Shown: one piece after another, positions 25,363 to 34,851 of the stretch
Layout of the letters: each line of letters begins with the position of its first letter
Numbering within the stretch: the stretch's first letter is position 1
Assembly (NCBI GenBank): GCA_963675745.2
Contig: CAXXWX010000006.1
Span: 32,001-96,000, forward strand
Direction of reading: 5' to 3'
DNA length: 64,000 nt
Source of the DNA: Phycisphaerae bacterium
Lineage (GTDB): Bacteria > Planctomycetota > Phycisphaerae > UBA1845 > Fen-1342
Notes under the pieces: generated by a model
Database searches by the model: none
Told to the model about the DNA's origin: nothing
Seen by the model: the letters and a program-made list of their open reading frames with translations, nothing else
Made by a program: the position numbers and the translations under genes

Positions 25363-26085
25363 CTACCGGGCAGGTTTCAGCTTGAGGCGAATCCGGCCGG
25401 CGGTAATCTCCAACTCCTCCAGCGTGAAGACCACGTCGCCATTGGGCCATATGAACTCGTTGACGTAGGCGAAATCGGCTTTGTCGCTCGCCAGGGCGCC
25501 GCTTTCGCGCGCCAGCCGCGGGGCGTCTATGACGCGCCTGATCCACGCTCGGGGCATCGAAAGCGAGCCGAGCTTCGCGGACGAGATGCGCAGAGCCACC
25601 TGATCGTCGGTGCGTGTAATCTCCAACACGCAGGAGATGATGAGTTCGAGTCCGCTACGCGGCAGCAGTGCGGCCACACGGATGTGGTTACCGTCGAGCA
25701 ACGAGATTTGCGGATATTCCAGCGGGTCAATGGTGACTGTGGCCACGTCGGGCATTTCTGAACGCGCGGTGATCCAGCGGTTCAGTTGCTGCTCGTCAAA
25801 CGTGAGCGTGATGGCGCGGCCGGCATTCAACGCCACCCCGATGCTATCAAGCGATTCGACAAGTGCGCGTTTGTCCTCGGGTAGACGCTCGTAATCGATC
25901 GTGATCGGCGAGAACCAGGCCGGGCGTCGCAGAAGCGAGCAACCCGCGACGATGGTGGCCAGGAACACTATGCCGCTGGTCGTCAACCACACGATGCGCA
26001 GTATGCGCCGCCAGCGTGGCCGGCCGGTTGAGCCACTTGTCTTTGCTTTGCGGGATGTCCGGGGCTGATGGCTGGTACGCGTCAC
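25363..26085 (-). CDS. Membrane-anchored hypothetical protein
   Basis: Basic N-terminus, single TM, T.DEQQLN.WI and G.L.MP lipid-binding-fold-like motifs. Confidence 0.6.
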   Translation of the reverse strand: MTRTSHQPRTSRKAKTSGSTGRPRWRRILRIVWLTTSGIVFLATIVAGCSLLRRPAWFSPITIDYERLPEDKRALVESLDSIGVALNAGRAITLTFDEQQLNRWITARSEMPDVATVTIDPLEYPQISLLDGNHIRVAALLPRSGLELIISCVLEITRTDDQVALRISSAKLGSLSMPRAWIRRVIDAPRLARESGALASDKADFAYVNEFIWPNGDVVFTLEELEITAGRIRLKLKPAR

Positions 26086-26111
26086 TGGCTGGGTGGCTTG
26101 TCGCTGCGGAC

Positions 26112-26651
26112 CTAGACGAGATCCTCGTCTTCGTCATCTTCTGCGTCGAGCAGATCTTCGACGGCCGACAACGGGTCCGAAAGGTCCAGCTCGTCGTCGG
26201 AGATTTCAAACAGATCATCCTCGGTGAGCGTCACCTCATCGTCAGCATCGTCATCGTCGTCATCGTTGCTGGCATCTTTGGCGGCTACGGTCGTCGGTGA
26301 TTCGGCGGCGTCAAGATCGACCAGATCCATGCGCGTATCTTCGGGTGTGATCTCCGCCGGCTCGCCGTCGATCTGCACCACGAACAGGGCCGGGCCGACC
26401 TTCAGGCAGTCGCCGGCGTGCAGTTCGGCTTCGGTAATCAGCTCCCCATTGATCTGAGTGCCGTTGGCGCTGCCCAGGTCCTTGACCGACAGGCTGTTCT
26501 CTCCGACCGTGATCGCACAATGCTGACGCGACACATCCGCCGTCTGCACGCGCAAACCACAATCCTGCCGGCGTCCGACGATCGTCTCGCCCGGCTGGAG
26601 GTTGAACTCGCGTCGCTGTTTTCCCTTAAAAATGACCAGCACGGCGTCCAT
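26112..26651 (-). CDS. FHA-domain protein with acidic tail
   Basis: VGR, VSRQH and DLGSANGT FHA motifs; D/E-rich C-terminus. Confidence 0.9.
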   Translation of the reverse strand: MDAVLVIFKGKQRREFNLQPGETIVGRRQDCGLRVQTADVSRQHCAITVGENSLSVKDLGSANGTQINGELITEAELHAGDCLKVGPALFVVQIDGEPAEITPEDTRMDLVDLDAAESPTTVAAKDASNDDDDDDADDEVTLTEDDLFEISDDELDLSDPLSAVEDLLDAEDDEDEDLV

Positions 26652-26787
26652 GACAGTCGTCCTTCATAGTCCGGCGACCCGGCAACCACCTCGCCCCGAC
26701 AATCCCACGTCGCTGACCATGCACTACAATACGCGTGGTCAACGATTCCGCTCCTCCGAATGCTACGCGAAACCGGTTGTAACGACA

Positions 26788-27924
26788 ATGCCGCAGGCGA
26801 TTACAGCCCTCTACGTACACGTCCCCTACTGCCGCAGGCTGTGCGGATATTGTGACTTCTATTCCGAGATGCTCAAGCGCGACGAGGTGCCCGAACTGCT
26901 GGCCGCAATGCAACGGGAACTCGGGGCGTACCGCGAACGCACCAACCTGCGGCCGGACACCATCTTCATCGGCGGCGGTACACCCACCGTGCTGCCCGCC
27001 GCGGCGCTCGACCGGCTGCTCCGAATCTGCCGGGTCGACTCCGCAGCCGACGCGGACATCGAGTTTACCGTCGAGGCCAACCCGGCCACGGTCTCGGACG
27101 AGATTGCCGCCGTGCTCAGCGGCGCCGGCGTCAACCGCGTATCGATCGGGGCACAGTCCTTTGCCGCGAATGAGCTGGCCACGCTCGACCGCGATCATGC
27201 TCCCGCGCGGGTCGCCGAGACTATCGCCACCTGCCGGGCGCACGGTATTCGCCGATTCAGCCTGGATCTGATCTTCGGGATTCCCGGGCAGACGCTGGCG
27301 AGTTGGCGGACCAGCCTGCGCACGGCTTTGACGCTCGATCCCGAGCACCTGTCATGTTACGGGCTCACATATGAACCTGGCACACGGCTGACGGAGCTGG
27401 TGCGCCGCGGCGCCGTCCGCCCAGTCGAGGCCGATCTGGGGGCGGACATGTACGAGGCGGCAATCGACGACCTCGCGGCCGCCGGCTTCACCCAATACGA
27501 GATCAGCAACTTCGCGCTGCCGGGGGCCGAGTGTCGTCACAATCTGCGGTATTGGCAGAACGAGCCATATGTAGGTATCGGGCCCGCCGCGGCCGGTTAT
27601 GTGGATGGGCTGCGGTACAAGAACGTGTCCGACACTGCTGCTTACGTACGCGCGCTCGGGGCCGGCGCGTCGCCACACGAAACGGCCGAGCGCCTTGATA
27701 CGCCGAAGCAAATGGGGGAGACGGCGATGTTGGGGCTGCGGCTGTGTGCGGGCGTGGATCGCGCCCGCTTCCGGGAGCGTTTTGCCCGCGACCCGGCGGA
27801 CGTCTTCTCAGACGCAATCTCGAAACACACCGACGCAGGGCTCCTCGAGATCGATGAGCAGGCCATTCGGCTCACCCGCCGGGGGATCCTGTTAGCCAAC
27901 CGCGTGATGATGGACTTCGTGTAG
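26788..27924 (+). CDS. hemW: Radical SAM heme chaperone HemW
   Basis: YVHVPYCRRLCGYCDF, GGGTP, YEISNF and HNLRYW motifs. Confidence 0.92.
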   Translation: MPQAITALYVHVPYCRRLCGYCDFYSEMLKRDEVPELLAAMQRELGAYRERTNLRPDTIFIGGGTPTVLPAAALDRLLRICRVDSAADADIEFTVEANPATVSDEIAAVLSGAGVNRVSIGAQSFAANELATLDRDHAPARVAETIATCRAHGIRRFSLDLIFGIPGQTLASWRTSLRTALTLDPEHLSCYGLTYEPGTRLTELVRRGAVRPVEADLGADMYEAAIDDLAAAGFTQYEISNFALPGAECRHNLRYWQNEPYVGIGPAAAGYVDGLRYKNVSDTAAYVRALGAGASPHETAERLDTPKQMGETAMLGLRLCAGVDRARFRERFARDPADVFSDAISKHTDAGLLEIDEQAIRLTRRGILLANRVMMDFV

Positions 27925-27987
27925 CAGGCGCGGGCCGCCACTGGGTGTTATGCGCTGGATTGACATGGCGTTGGCGTAATGCGCCGA

Positions 27988-29550
27988 TCAGGCGGCGACG
28001 CTGGTGGAGGGCTGATCGAGTGGAACGGGGCTCTCCGCTGCAATGCGGGGCTTCGCCGGCATGGCCGTCGGCCGGGAACCCCAGCCAAGCGAGATCAGAC
28101 CAATGGCGTACGCCAGCAGGAAAATCCCACCCACATAGTGATCAGCCACCAGGAAGAGACCCCATTGGGCGAGACATGCCACGCCGAGACTGATCTCAAT
28201 CAGCCACAATCGCGAGCGAATCGCGTTGTACGCGTGTTTGCGGCGCACGCGACCGGCACTGCCCGACTTGGGCGTCCGGATAAACTCGCCACCTTTTTGC
28301 CACAGGCCGACCAGGACGGCGTGAGCATTATTGACGGATAGTCCCAGGCCGAGCACGATCAGCTTTGGAATCTGGAGCAGGCCGCTCAGCCCGCCGCCGA
28401 CGCGCCAGCGTGCGTATACATATGAAGCCGACGGGGCCGCGATGACGATCGGCAGAATGGCCCAGAACGCACCCATCCACGCCTGCTGCACATCTGTGGG
28501 GATTTGCGTGAGGATGACACGCCCGCCGGCGGCCATCAACACCATGAAAATCGCGATTGAATATTGGGTCATGTGAAGGGTGGCTTCGATTTTCTGAAGC
28601 AGGCTCAGGCGCGAGCGCCACACAACCGGCAACAGCTTGACGGCGCATTGAATTGACCCGGTGGCCCAGCGACGCTGTTGGGTCTTCATGGCGTCGATGC
28701 TGGCGGGGATCTCCGCCGGGCACAACTCATCGTTGTGGTAGAGGATGTGCCAGCCCGCCATCTGGGCGCGGTATGACAAATCCAGATCTTCGGTAATCGT
28801 GTCGCCGGACCATCCACCAACCGCCGGATCTTCGATTGCCGCCTTGCGCCAGATGCCGCCGGTGCCGTTGAAGTTCAGGCAGAAGCCGAACGACGAGCGC
28901 GCGGTCTGTTCGAGGGCAAAATGGCCGTCCATGGCGAGCGCGAGCGACTGCGTCACCCAGGATTCACGCTGGTTCAGGTGCCCCCAACGGCCTTGAACGC
29001 AGCAGGCCATCGGGTCGGAGGCCAGCAACGGCACCATCCGCTTCAGGAAACCCGGGTCGGGGACGAAGTCGGCATCGAATACCGCGATCAACTCGCCGCG
29101 GGCCGTCTGCATCCCGTGCGCCAGCGCGCCGGCCTTGAAATCCGCGCGTGACGGCCGCCGCACGGCTTTGACGTCGTAGCCGGCGGCACGCAGCTCGGCG
29201 CAGACCTCATCCACGATCGCGCACGTACCATCGGTACTGTCATCCAAAACCTGAATCTCGTGGCGGCCTTTGGGGTATTCCATGCGCGCCGTGGCCTCGA
29301 TCACCCGCCGCGCGACTGCCAGCTCGTTATACAAAGGTAGCTGAGTGGTGACGATCGGCCAGTGCTCGTCCGGGGTCTGGCTCTGGTAGCGCGCGATGAC
29401 CTCGGTGTTCGTCCGGCTGGCTCGGCGTCCGCGCAGGTGCGCCAAAACCGCCAGCAATGCCAGATGCAGGCCATAGAGGCCGGGCACTACCATCAGAACC
29501 AGGAAAACGATTACGTATAGCGTGACCAGCAGGAGACTGTTCCTCGCCAA
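27988..29550 (-). CDS. Processive GT2 glycosyltransferase (CslA/cellulose-synthase-like)
   Basis: QLPLYNE, DDSTD, FKAGAL, FDADF, TEDLD and QQRRW motifs plus TMs. Confidence 0.9.
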   Translation of the reverse strand: MARNSLLLVTLYVIVFLVLMVVPGLYGLHLALLAVLAHLRGRRASRTNTEVIARYQSQTPDEHWPIVTTQLPLYNELAVARRVIEATARMEYPKGRHEIQVLDDSTDGTCAIVDEVCAELRAAGYDVKAVRRPSRADFKAGALAHGMQTARGELIAVFDADFVPDPGFLKRMVPLLASDPMACCVQGRWGHLNQRESWVTQSLALAMDGHFALEQTARSSFGFCLNFNGTGGIWRKAAIEDPAVGGWSGDTITEDLDLSYRAQMAGWHILYHNDELCPAEIPASIDAMKTQQRRWATGSIQCAVKLLPVVWRSRLSLLQKIEATLHMTQYSIAIFMVLMAAGGRVILTQIPTDVQQAWMGAFWAILPIVIAAPSASYVYARWRVGGGLSGLLQIPKLIVLGLGLSVNNAHAVLVGLWQKGGEFIRTPKSGSAGRVRRKHAYNAIRSRLWLIEISLGVACLAQWGLFLVADHYVGGIFLLAYAIGLISLGWGSRPTAMPAKPRIAAESPVPLDQPSTSVAA

Positions 29551-29803
29551 ACAGATTCAGACCGCGCCTAGGTTGTTGCCGCCCATTCCGTGAATCTGAC
29601 TCTAGTTACGAGACCCCGGGGTGTCAACCGCGCGCAGCGCCACCGCCTGCTGCTGGCGACCGTGCAACAGCGAGCTCGGGGCAGGCGGCTGGCCCGCAAG
29701 TCGGTTGAGGGCGGACCGCCCGGAACACGCAGCTTCGCTCATCAATGCTCGGCGGTTATACTCGGTCGCGCACCCAGTGAACCGGCGTGTCGAGGCCCGT
29801 GGA

Positions 29804-30250
29804 ATGCCCGAACTTGACCCTGTAACAACCTACCTGGTTCTCGGTTCGATTGCGGTGATTGTCTTCGTGGTGGCGTCGGTCGTCTGGCGGCGTGTGCAAT
29901 CCGCCGCGGCCCGGGCCCGCCACCAGGCCGAGCTTCGCCGGCGTCAGGCAACGCAGGAGCGGGAGTTGGAAGCGCAGCACCAGCTCGCGGATCAGATTCT
30001 CGCCACGAGCTCAACCGCCGAGATCGTCGGCTTCAGCGTGGTCCGCCAAATCGAGGCTGTTTTTACCGATGGTCACAAGACGCCGGCGGCGGCAATTGAC
30101 ACGCTAAAGGCCCTTGCCGCTCGCAAGGGTGCCAATGCGCTGCTGAACCTGGTCGGCGAGCGTCAGCCGGGCGGCGCATGCACGGCACACGCCGACGCCG
30201 TCATCGTCAAAACGCTGGATGCCCCCGACCCGCCCGGCCGGCGGCGTTGA
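29804..30250 (+). CDS. Membrane protein with YbjQ-like C-terminal domain
   Basis: TM, coiled coil, then A..TLKALAARKGANALLNL...ADAVIV. Confidence 0.55.
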   Translation: MPELDPVTTYLVLGSIAVIVFVVASVVWRRVQSAAARARHQAELRRRQATQERELEAQHQLADQILATSSTAEIVGFSVVRQIEAVFTDGHKTPAAAIDTLKALAARKGANALLNLVGERQPGGACTAHADAVIVKTLDAPDPPGRRR

Positions 30251-30336
30251 CAATCGAGGGGCGGCCCCTAGAGTCTGGCGTGGGCGACGGTGCCAGGAGC
30301 TTGTGGCTCGGCCGGGCCGCCACAGCGAGGTTATCC

Positions 30337-31590
30337 GTGCAACTGCCACGCCAATTGGCCGGGTTCGCGCGCCCGTCGGGGGTAATCAAGGGCGATTACG
30401 AAGATTTCGTCGTCGACGAGGTGCCGCTCTATAACCCCCAGGGTTCGGGCACGCACACGTATTTCCTGATGCAGAAGGCGGGCCTCAGCACCGCTCAGGC
30501 GGTAAACGACATCGCCATCGCGCTAAACGTGCGCCGGCGTGATATCGGTTTTGCCGGACTGAAAGACGCGCGGGCGGTGACGCGCCAGTGGCTGTCGATT
30601 GAGCACGTGGATCCCGAGCGCGTCCGCTCACTCGTGATTCCCCGGATCGATATCCTCGAAGTAAGCCAGCACCGCAATAAGCTGCGTATCGGCCACCTGG
30701 CGGGGAATCGCTTCCAGATCCGCGTGCGCCAGACCGCGGTGGAGCGTATCGCCGAATTGCAGGACCAGCTCGCCGAGTTGGCCCGTCTGGGTGTGCCAAA
30801 CTCCTTTGGCGAGCAGCGGTTCGGTACGCGCGGCGACACCTGGAAGATCGGCCGCGCGATTATCAAGCGCCGGCCAGACGAAGCGGTGGACCTGACGCTC
30901 GGTCGGCCGGCGGCCACCGATCACGGCAGCGTGCGCCGGGCGCGCGAGCTCTATGAGTCGGGTCACTATGGGGAGGCCATCCGCCACTGGCCCAGCATGT
31001 TCCGCGAGCAGCGGCAGGCGCTGCGGGCATTGGTCAGATCGCATGGCAAGAAACAGCGCGCCTTGCACGCGATCGACAAGCGCACGCGACAGTTCTACGT
31101 TTCGGCGTATCAGTCATACCTGTTCAACCGCGTGGTTGCCGAACGCATCGCCGGCGGCCTGGGGCGGCTGATGGACGGGGATCTGGCGTGGATTCATCAC
31201 AACGGCGCCGTCTTTCGGGTACATGCTGCCAACGACGAGCAGGCCCGTGCCGACGCCTGGGAGATCAGCCCGTCCGGCCCGTTGTTCGGCCCGCGCATGA
31301 CGCAGGCCGAAGGCGCGGTGGGAGAGCTCGAAGCACGAATCCTCGCCGGAGAAGGCCTGGCAAGCGACGCGTTTGGGGCTGTCAAGCTGAACGTCAAGGG
31401 GGGACGCCGACCATTGCGCTTCCGTTTGTCGGACGCGAAAATCGGGCTTGGCGCTGATCACGCCGGAGCCTATCTTGAGCTGTGCTTCACCCTCCCGCGC
31501 GGCTGCTATGCCACGAATGTCCTGTGGGAATTGTTTGATGTACGTGCGGGCGGCCCCACGAAGCCGGAACGCGAGGAACCGGAGGCATAA
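30337..31590 (+). CDS. truD: tRNA pseudouridine(13) synthase
   Basis: EDFVVDE, FAGLKDARAVTRQW, GNRF.I, FGEQRFG, SAYQSYLFN and F.LPRGCYAT motifs. Confidence 0.95.
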   Translation: MQLPRQLAGFARPSGVIKGDYEDFVVDEVPLYNPQGSGTHTYFLMQKAGLSTAQAVNDIAIALNVRRRDIGFAGLKDARAVTRQWLSIEHVDPERVRSLVIPRIDILEVSQHRNKLRIGHLAGNRFQIRVRQTAVERIAELQDQLAELARLGVPNSFGEQRFGTRGDTWKIGRAIIKRRPDEAVDLTLGRPAATDHGSVRRARELYESGHYGEAIRHWPSMFREQRQALRALVRSHGKKQRALHAIDKRTRQFYVSAYQSYLFNRVVAERIAGGLGRLMDGDLAWIHHNGAVFRVHAANDEQARADAWEISPSGPLFGPRMTQAEGAVGELEARILAGEGLASDAFGAVKLNVKGGRRPLRFRLSDAKIGLGADHAGAYLELCFTLPRGCYATNVLWELFDVRAGGPTKPEREEPEA

Positions 31591-31654
31591 GCGGGCCATT
31601 CCCGACGACCGCGGTGTGTCGCGGCGCACATGACCACCTTCACCGGGCAACACC

Positions 31655-32971
31655 ATGGCACCGGCCGATCAGTTTCCCTGGGATGCGCTGCTGCAGAAGC
31701 TCCGCGCGCAATTCCCCGAGCTCTACCGCGCCTGGTTTGATGAGCTGCCCCCCGGCGTGCTCGAGCGCGGGGAGTTGCACATCAATGTCGGTGACGCGGC
31801 CAAGGCGCAGTTTCTGCGCGAGCAGTGCGGTCGGGCGTTCATCAGCGCGGCGATGAGCCTGACCGGGTATATGTTGACAGTGCGGTTTCTGCCGGATGAC
31901 AACAGCGTGGACCTGGCGGTCGCGCATGATGAGCCGGCTATCGCGCCGACCACGCTGAGCCCGGACTATACATTCGATCAATTCGTGGTCGGCCCGTCGA
32001 ACCGCCTGGCTCACGCCGCCTCGCGCGCGGTGTGCAGCCAGCCCGGCACGCTTTACAACCCGTTGTTCATTCACGGGGCATCCGGGCTGGGAAAGACGCA
32101 CCTTTTGCAGGCCATCTGTGCCGAGATGGCCAAGGCGGGTTCGGACGTCAAGTGCGTGTATATGAGTTGCGAGACGTTTGTGAACGAGTTCATCCGGGCC
32201 ATCGAGCACGGCCGGCTGCCGGAGTTCCGCGGGGCCGCGCGCACCGGCGATGTGCTGGCGATCGATGACGTCCAGTTCCTGGCCAATCGCGAATCCAGCC
32301 AGGAAGAGCTCTTCCACACCTTCAACGTGCTATACCAGAACCGCCACCAGTTGATACTCAGCGCCGATTCACGCCCCAGTGACATCCCCACACTCGAGGA
32401 CCGGCTTGTCAGCCGCTTCAATTGGGGCCTTGTCACCCAGATTGACCCGCCAAACCGCGAGACGCGGCACGCGATCCTGCAAAAGAAGGCCCGGCTGCGG
32501 GGCTGTGAAGTGTCCGACGAGATCCTCGACTACATCGCCCAGCGCGTCGACGACAATATCCGCGTGTTGGAAGGTGCCCTGACCAGGCTGATCAGTGAAC
32601 GCCAGATCGCCGACACGCCGCTGACAATCGCGACAGCCCAGCAGGTGCTGGATGACTTCCAGGGCGTCGAGCCCAAACCACTCCAGGTCAGCCACATCCT
32701 GCAGACCATTGCCCAGCACTATGGCATCAAGCTCTCAGAGCTGGTGGGCCGAAAACGGTCCCGCTCGGTGGCGCTTCCCAGGCAGATCGCGATGTACCTC
32801 TCGCGCAAGTTGACCCCCTTGAGCCTCGAGGAAATTGGAGGGCACCTCGGCGGGCGTGACCACTCGACCGTCCTCCACGCCGAACGCGTCATCGAGGCAG
32901 CCCGGACGAGTGACCCGCGGATGGCTGACACGCTGGCCCGTCTGACGCGTCAATTGCTGGCTCACCACTAA
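31655..32971 (+). CDS. dnaA: Chromosomal replication initiator DnaA
   Basis: YTFDQFVVG.SN, YNPLFIHGASGLGKTHL, IDDVQFL and GGRDHSTV motifs. Confidence 0.97.
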   Translation: MAPADQFPWDALLQKLRAQFPELYRAWFDELPPGVLERGELHINVGDAAKAQFLREQCGRAFISAAMSLTGYMLTVRFLPDDNSVDLAVAHDEPAIAPTTLSPDYTFDQFVVGPSNRLAHAASRAVCSQPGTLYNPLFIHGASGLGKTHLLQAICAEMAKAGSDVKCVYMSCETFVNEFIRAIEHGRLPEFRGAARTGDVLAIDDVQFLANRESSQEELFHTFNVLYQNRHQLILSADSRPSDIPTLEDRLVSRFNWGLVTQIDPPNRETRHAILQKKARLRGCEVSDEILDYIAQRVDDNIRVLEGALTRLISERQIADTPLTIATAQQVLDDFQGVEPKPLQVSHILQTIAQHYGIKLSELVGRKRSRSVALPRQIAMYLSRKLTPLSLEEIGGHLGGRDHSTVLHAERVIEAARTSDPRMADTLARLTRQLLAHH

Positions 32972-33334
32972 CACTCCGGCCGCCCAGCGGTTATCATGTG
33001 CCCGTGGAGCCGGCCGCCACCGGCCTGGTGTCGGCGAATTGGTCACCTCGCTGTCGGGCGCGTCGATTCTGTCAAGTGACCGGCGACGCATGTGACACCC
33101 CGGCGCCTGGGTGGAAACCATGCGACCAGCGTGGTTTACGCGGCACGGCGCAAGCCTGTCACAGGATTGACAGGCCTTATTATGAAGACGATGAAATAAG
33201 TTATTTAGTCTTCATCTTCATAAGCAGATGGCAGCGGTTGTTGTGTAGTGGGATAAAGACGTGTGATTTCCAGGTACGCGTGCGGCGCGCCCGGCGGGAC
33301 CGGGGGCGTGACGCCAGGGTGAGAACAGAATCCA
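32972..33334. other. Putative replication origin (oriC)
   Basis: dnaA-dnaN intergenic region; degenerate tandem boxes followed by GGCC and NAN trinucleotide repeats (TAT TAT GAA GAC GAT GAA) within an AT-rich patch at about 33177-33225. Confidence 0.75.
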
Positions 33335-34459
33335 ATGAAGACAAGATTGCCGCGCCAGGAGTTCCAGGAGGCACTCGCCGCGATTACGACGGTCACGCCT
33401 ACTCGCACGACCAAGCCTATTCTGAGTTGCGTGATGCTGGCGACGAGCGGGGAACGTGTCGAACTCAGTGGCACGGACGGTGAGGCCGCCCTGCATGTCA
33501 GCATGGTCAGCATCGCCATCGAGGAGACCGGGCAGGTAGTGGTGCCGGCGGATCGCCTGTTGGGCATCATCAAGGAGCTGGACGACGTCGAGATCGCCCT
33601 GGAGGCCGATGATCGAACGTGTGTGATTCGCGGCGAGGGCAGCGAGTTCAAAATCTTCGTGATGAATCCCGCGGATTTCCCGCCGATACCGGCGTTTGAG
33701 GGCGAGCCGGACCTGGCTGTCAGCGGTCATGAACTGCGGCGTATGATCAGCCTCACGATGTACGCCGCCGCGCGCGAGACCAGTCGCTACGCGATAAACG
33801 GGGTGCTGTGGGACAAGCACGGGAAGAAGATGTTCCTGGTGGCCACCGATGGGCGCCGATTGGCGCGTGCCGGCGGTAGCCTGGCGGACGCGCGCGGGGG
33901 AGATTTTCAGCTCATCATGCCGACCAAGGCGCTGAGCGCGTTCGAGCGGGTCTTCCCCCCGCCGCGCGACGGCGACAACTGGACAGTCGAGGTGCGCGTG
34001 CTGCCGACGCAGGTCATTCTGCGCAGCGAGGACCGCGTACTGGCGACGGCGCTGGTCGAAGGCAATTTCCCAAACTATGAGGACGTGATCCCGAAGGACA
34101 ACGACAAGCGCGCCGAACTTGACGCGGGCGATTTTCACGCGGCGATCAAGCGGGCGGCCCTGCTGACCACGGAAGATTCGCGAGCCGTGCGGTTGGCCTT
34201 CAGCAAAGATCGCCTGGTGATTAACGCGAATTCGCCGGAAGAAGGGGAAGCACGTCTGGAGCTTGGCATCAAGTATGACTGCGATCCAGTCGAGATCGGC
34301 TTCAACCCGACGTTCATAGGCGACGCTCTGCGCGTCGTGCCATATGAGCGGGTTTTCATCGAGCTGCAAGAGAGCTTTCGACCGGGCATCATTTGCGGCG
34401 AAGATAAGAACCAGTTCCTGTGCGTCATCATGCCCGTCTCGCTTTCGCCCGGGCGCTAG
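33335..34459 (+). CDS. dnaN: DNA polymerase III beta clamp
   Basis: KPILS, RYAINGV, VATDGRRLA, GNFPNY, IGFN and VIMPV motifs. Confidence 0.96.
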   Translation: MKTRLPRQEFQEALAAITTVTPTRTTKPILSCVMLATSGERVELSGTDGEAALHVSMVSIAIEETGQVVVPADRLLGIIKELDDVEIALEADDRTCVIRGEGSEFKIFVMNPADFPPIPAFEGEPDLAVSGHELRRMISLTMYAAARETSRYAINGVLWDKHGKKMFLVATDGRRLARAGGSLADARGGDFQLIMPTKALSAFERVFPPPRDGDNWTVEVRVLPTQVILRSEDRVLATALVEGNFPNYEDVIPKDNDKRAELDAGDFHAAIKRAALLTTEDSRAVRLAFSKDRLVINANSPEEGEARLELGIKYDCDPVEIGFNPTFIGDALRVVPYERVFIELQESFRPGIICGEDKNQFLCVIMPVSLSPGR

Positions 34460-34467
34460 GGTGACGT

Positions 34468-34830
34468 GTGATGACGGAACGTCAGTTACGCCAGACCTTG
34501 TCAAACCGGACGCGAACTGGTCCGGGGGCGCTATTCAGCGAGCAATGTGTAGCCGAGGTGCTCACAGGCGCGTCACGCGTGCTCCATACGCTTGAGGACG
34601 CCGGCGCGGCGTGGGCGCGGATCGCGGAACCGGCCTGGCTGGCGCGTACCGAAGTAACAGCCTTCCGTGACCACACGCTGTCGATATCTGTTAACGGCAG
34701 CACGCTGCGCTACGACCTGGCACGGCGCGGCGCGGCGCTACAGCGACGGCTGGCCCGCTATGTTCACGGTATCGCGCGCGTGCAGTTTATACCGGCGGCC
34801 ATGCCCGAGGAGGGGACGACGGCGCAGTAG
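34468..34830 (+). CDS. DUF721 / DciA-like protein
   Basis: W..IA....ART.V..FRD.TL.I.V pattern and position between dnaN and gyrB. Confidence 0.65.
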   Translation: MMTERQLRQTLSNRTRTGPGALFSEQCVAEVLTGASRVLHTLEDAGAAWARIAEPAWLARTEVTAFRDHTLSISVNGSTLRYDLARRGAALQRRLARYVHGIARVQFIPAAMPEEGTTAQ

Positions 34831-34851
34831 CCCCCGCCGAGGAGTTGGAAG

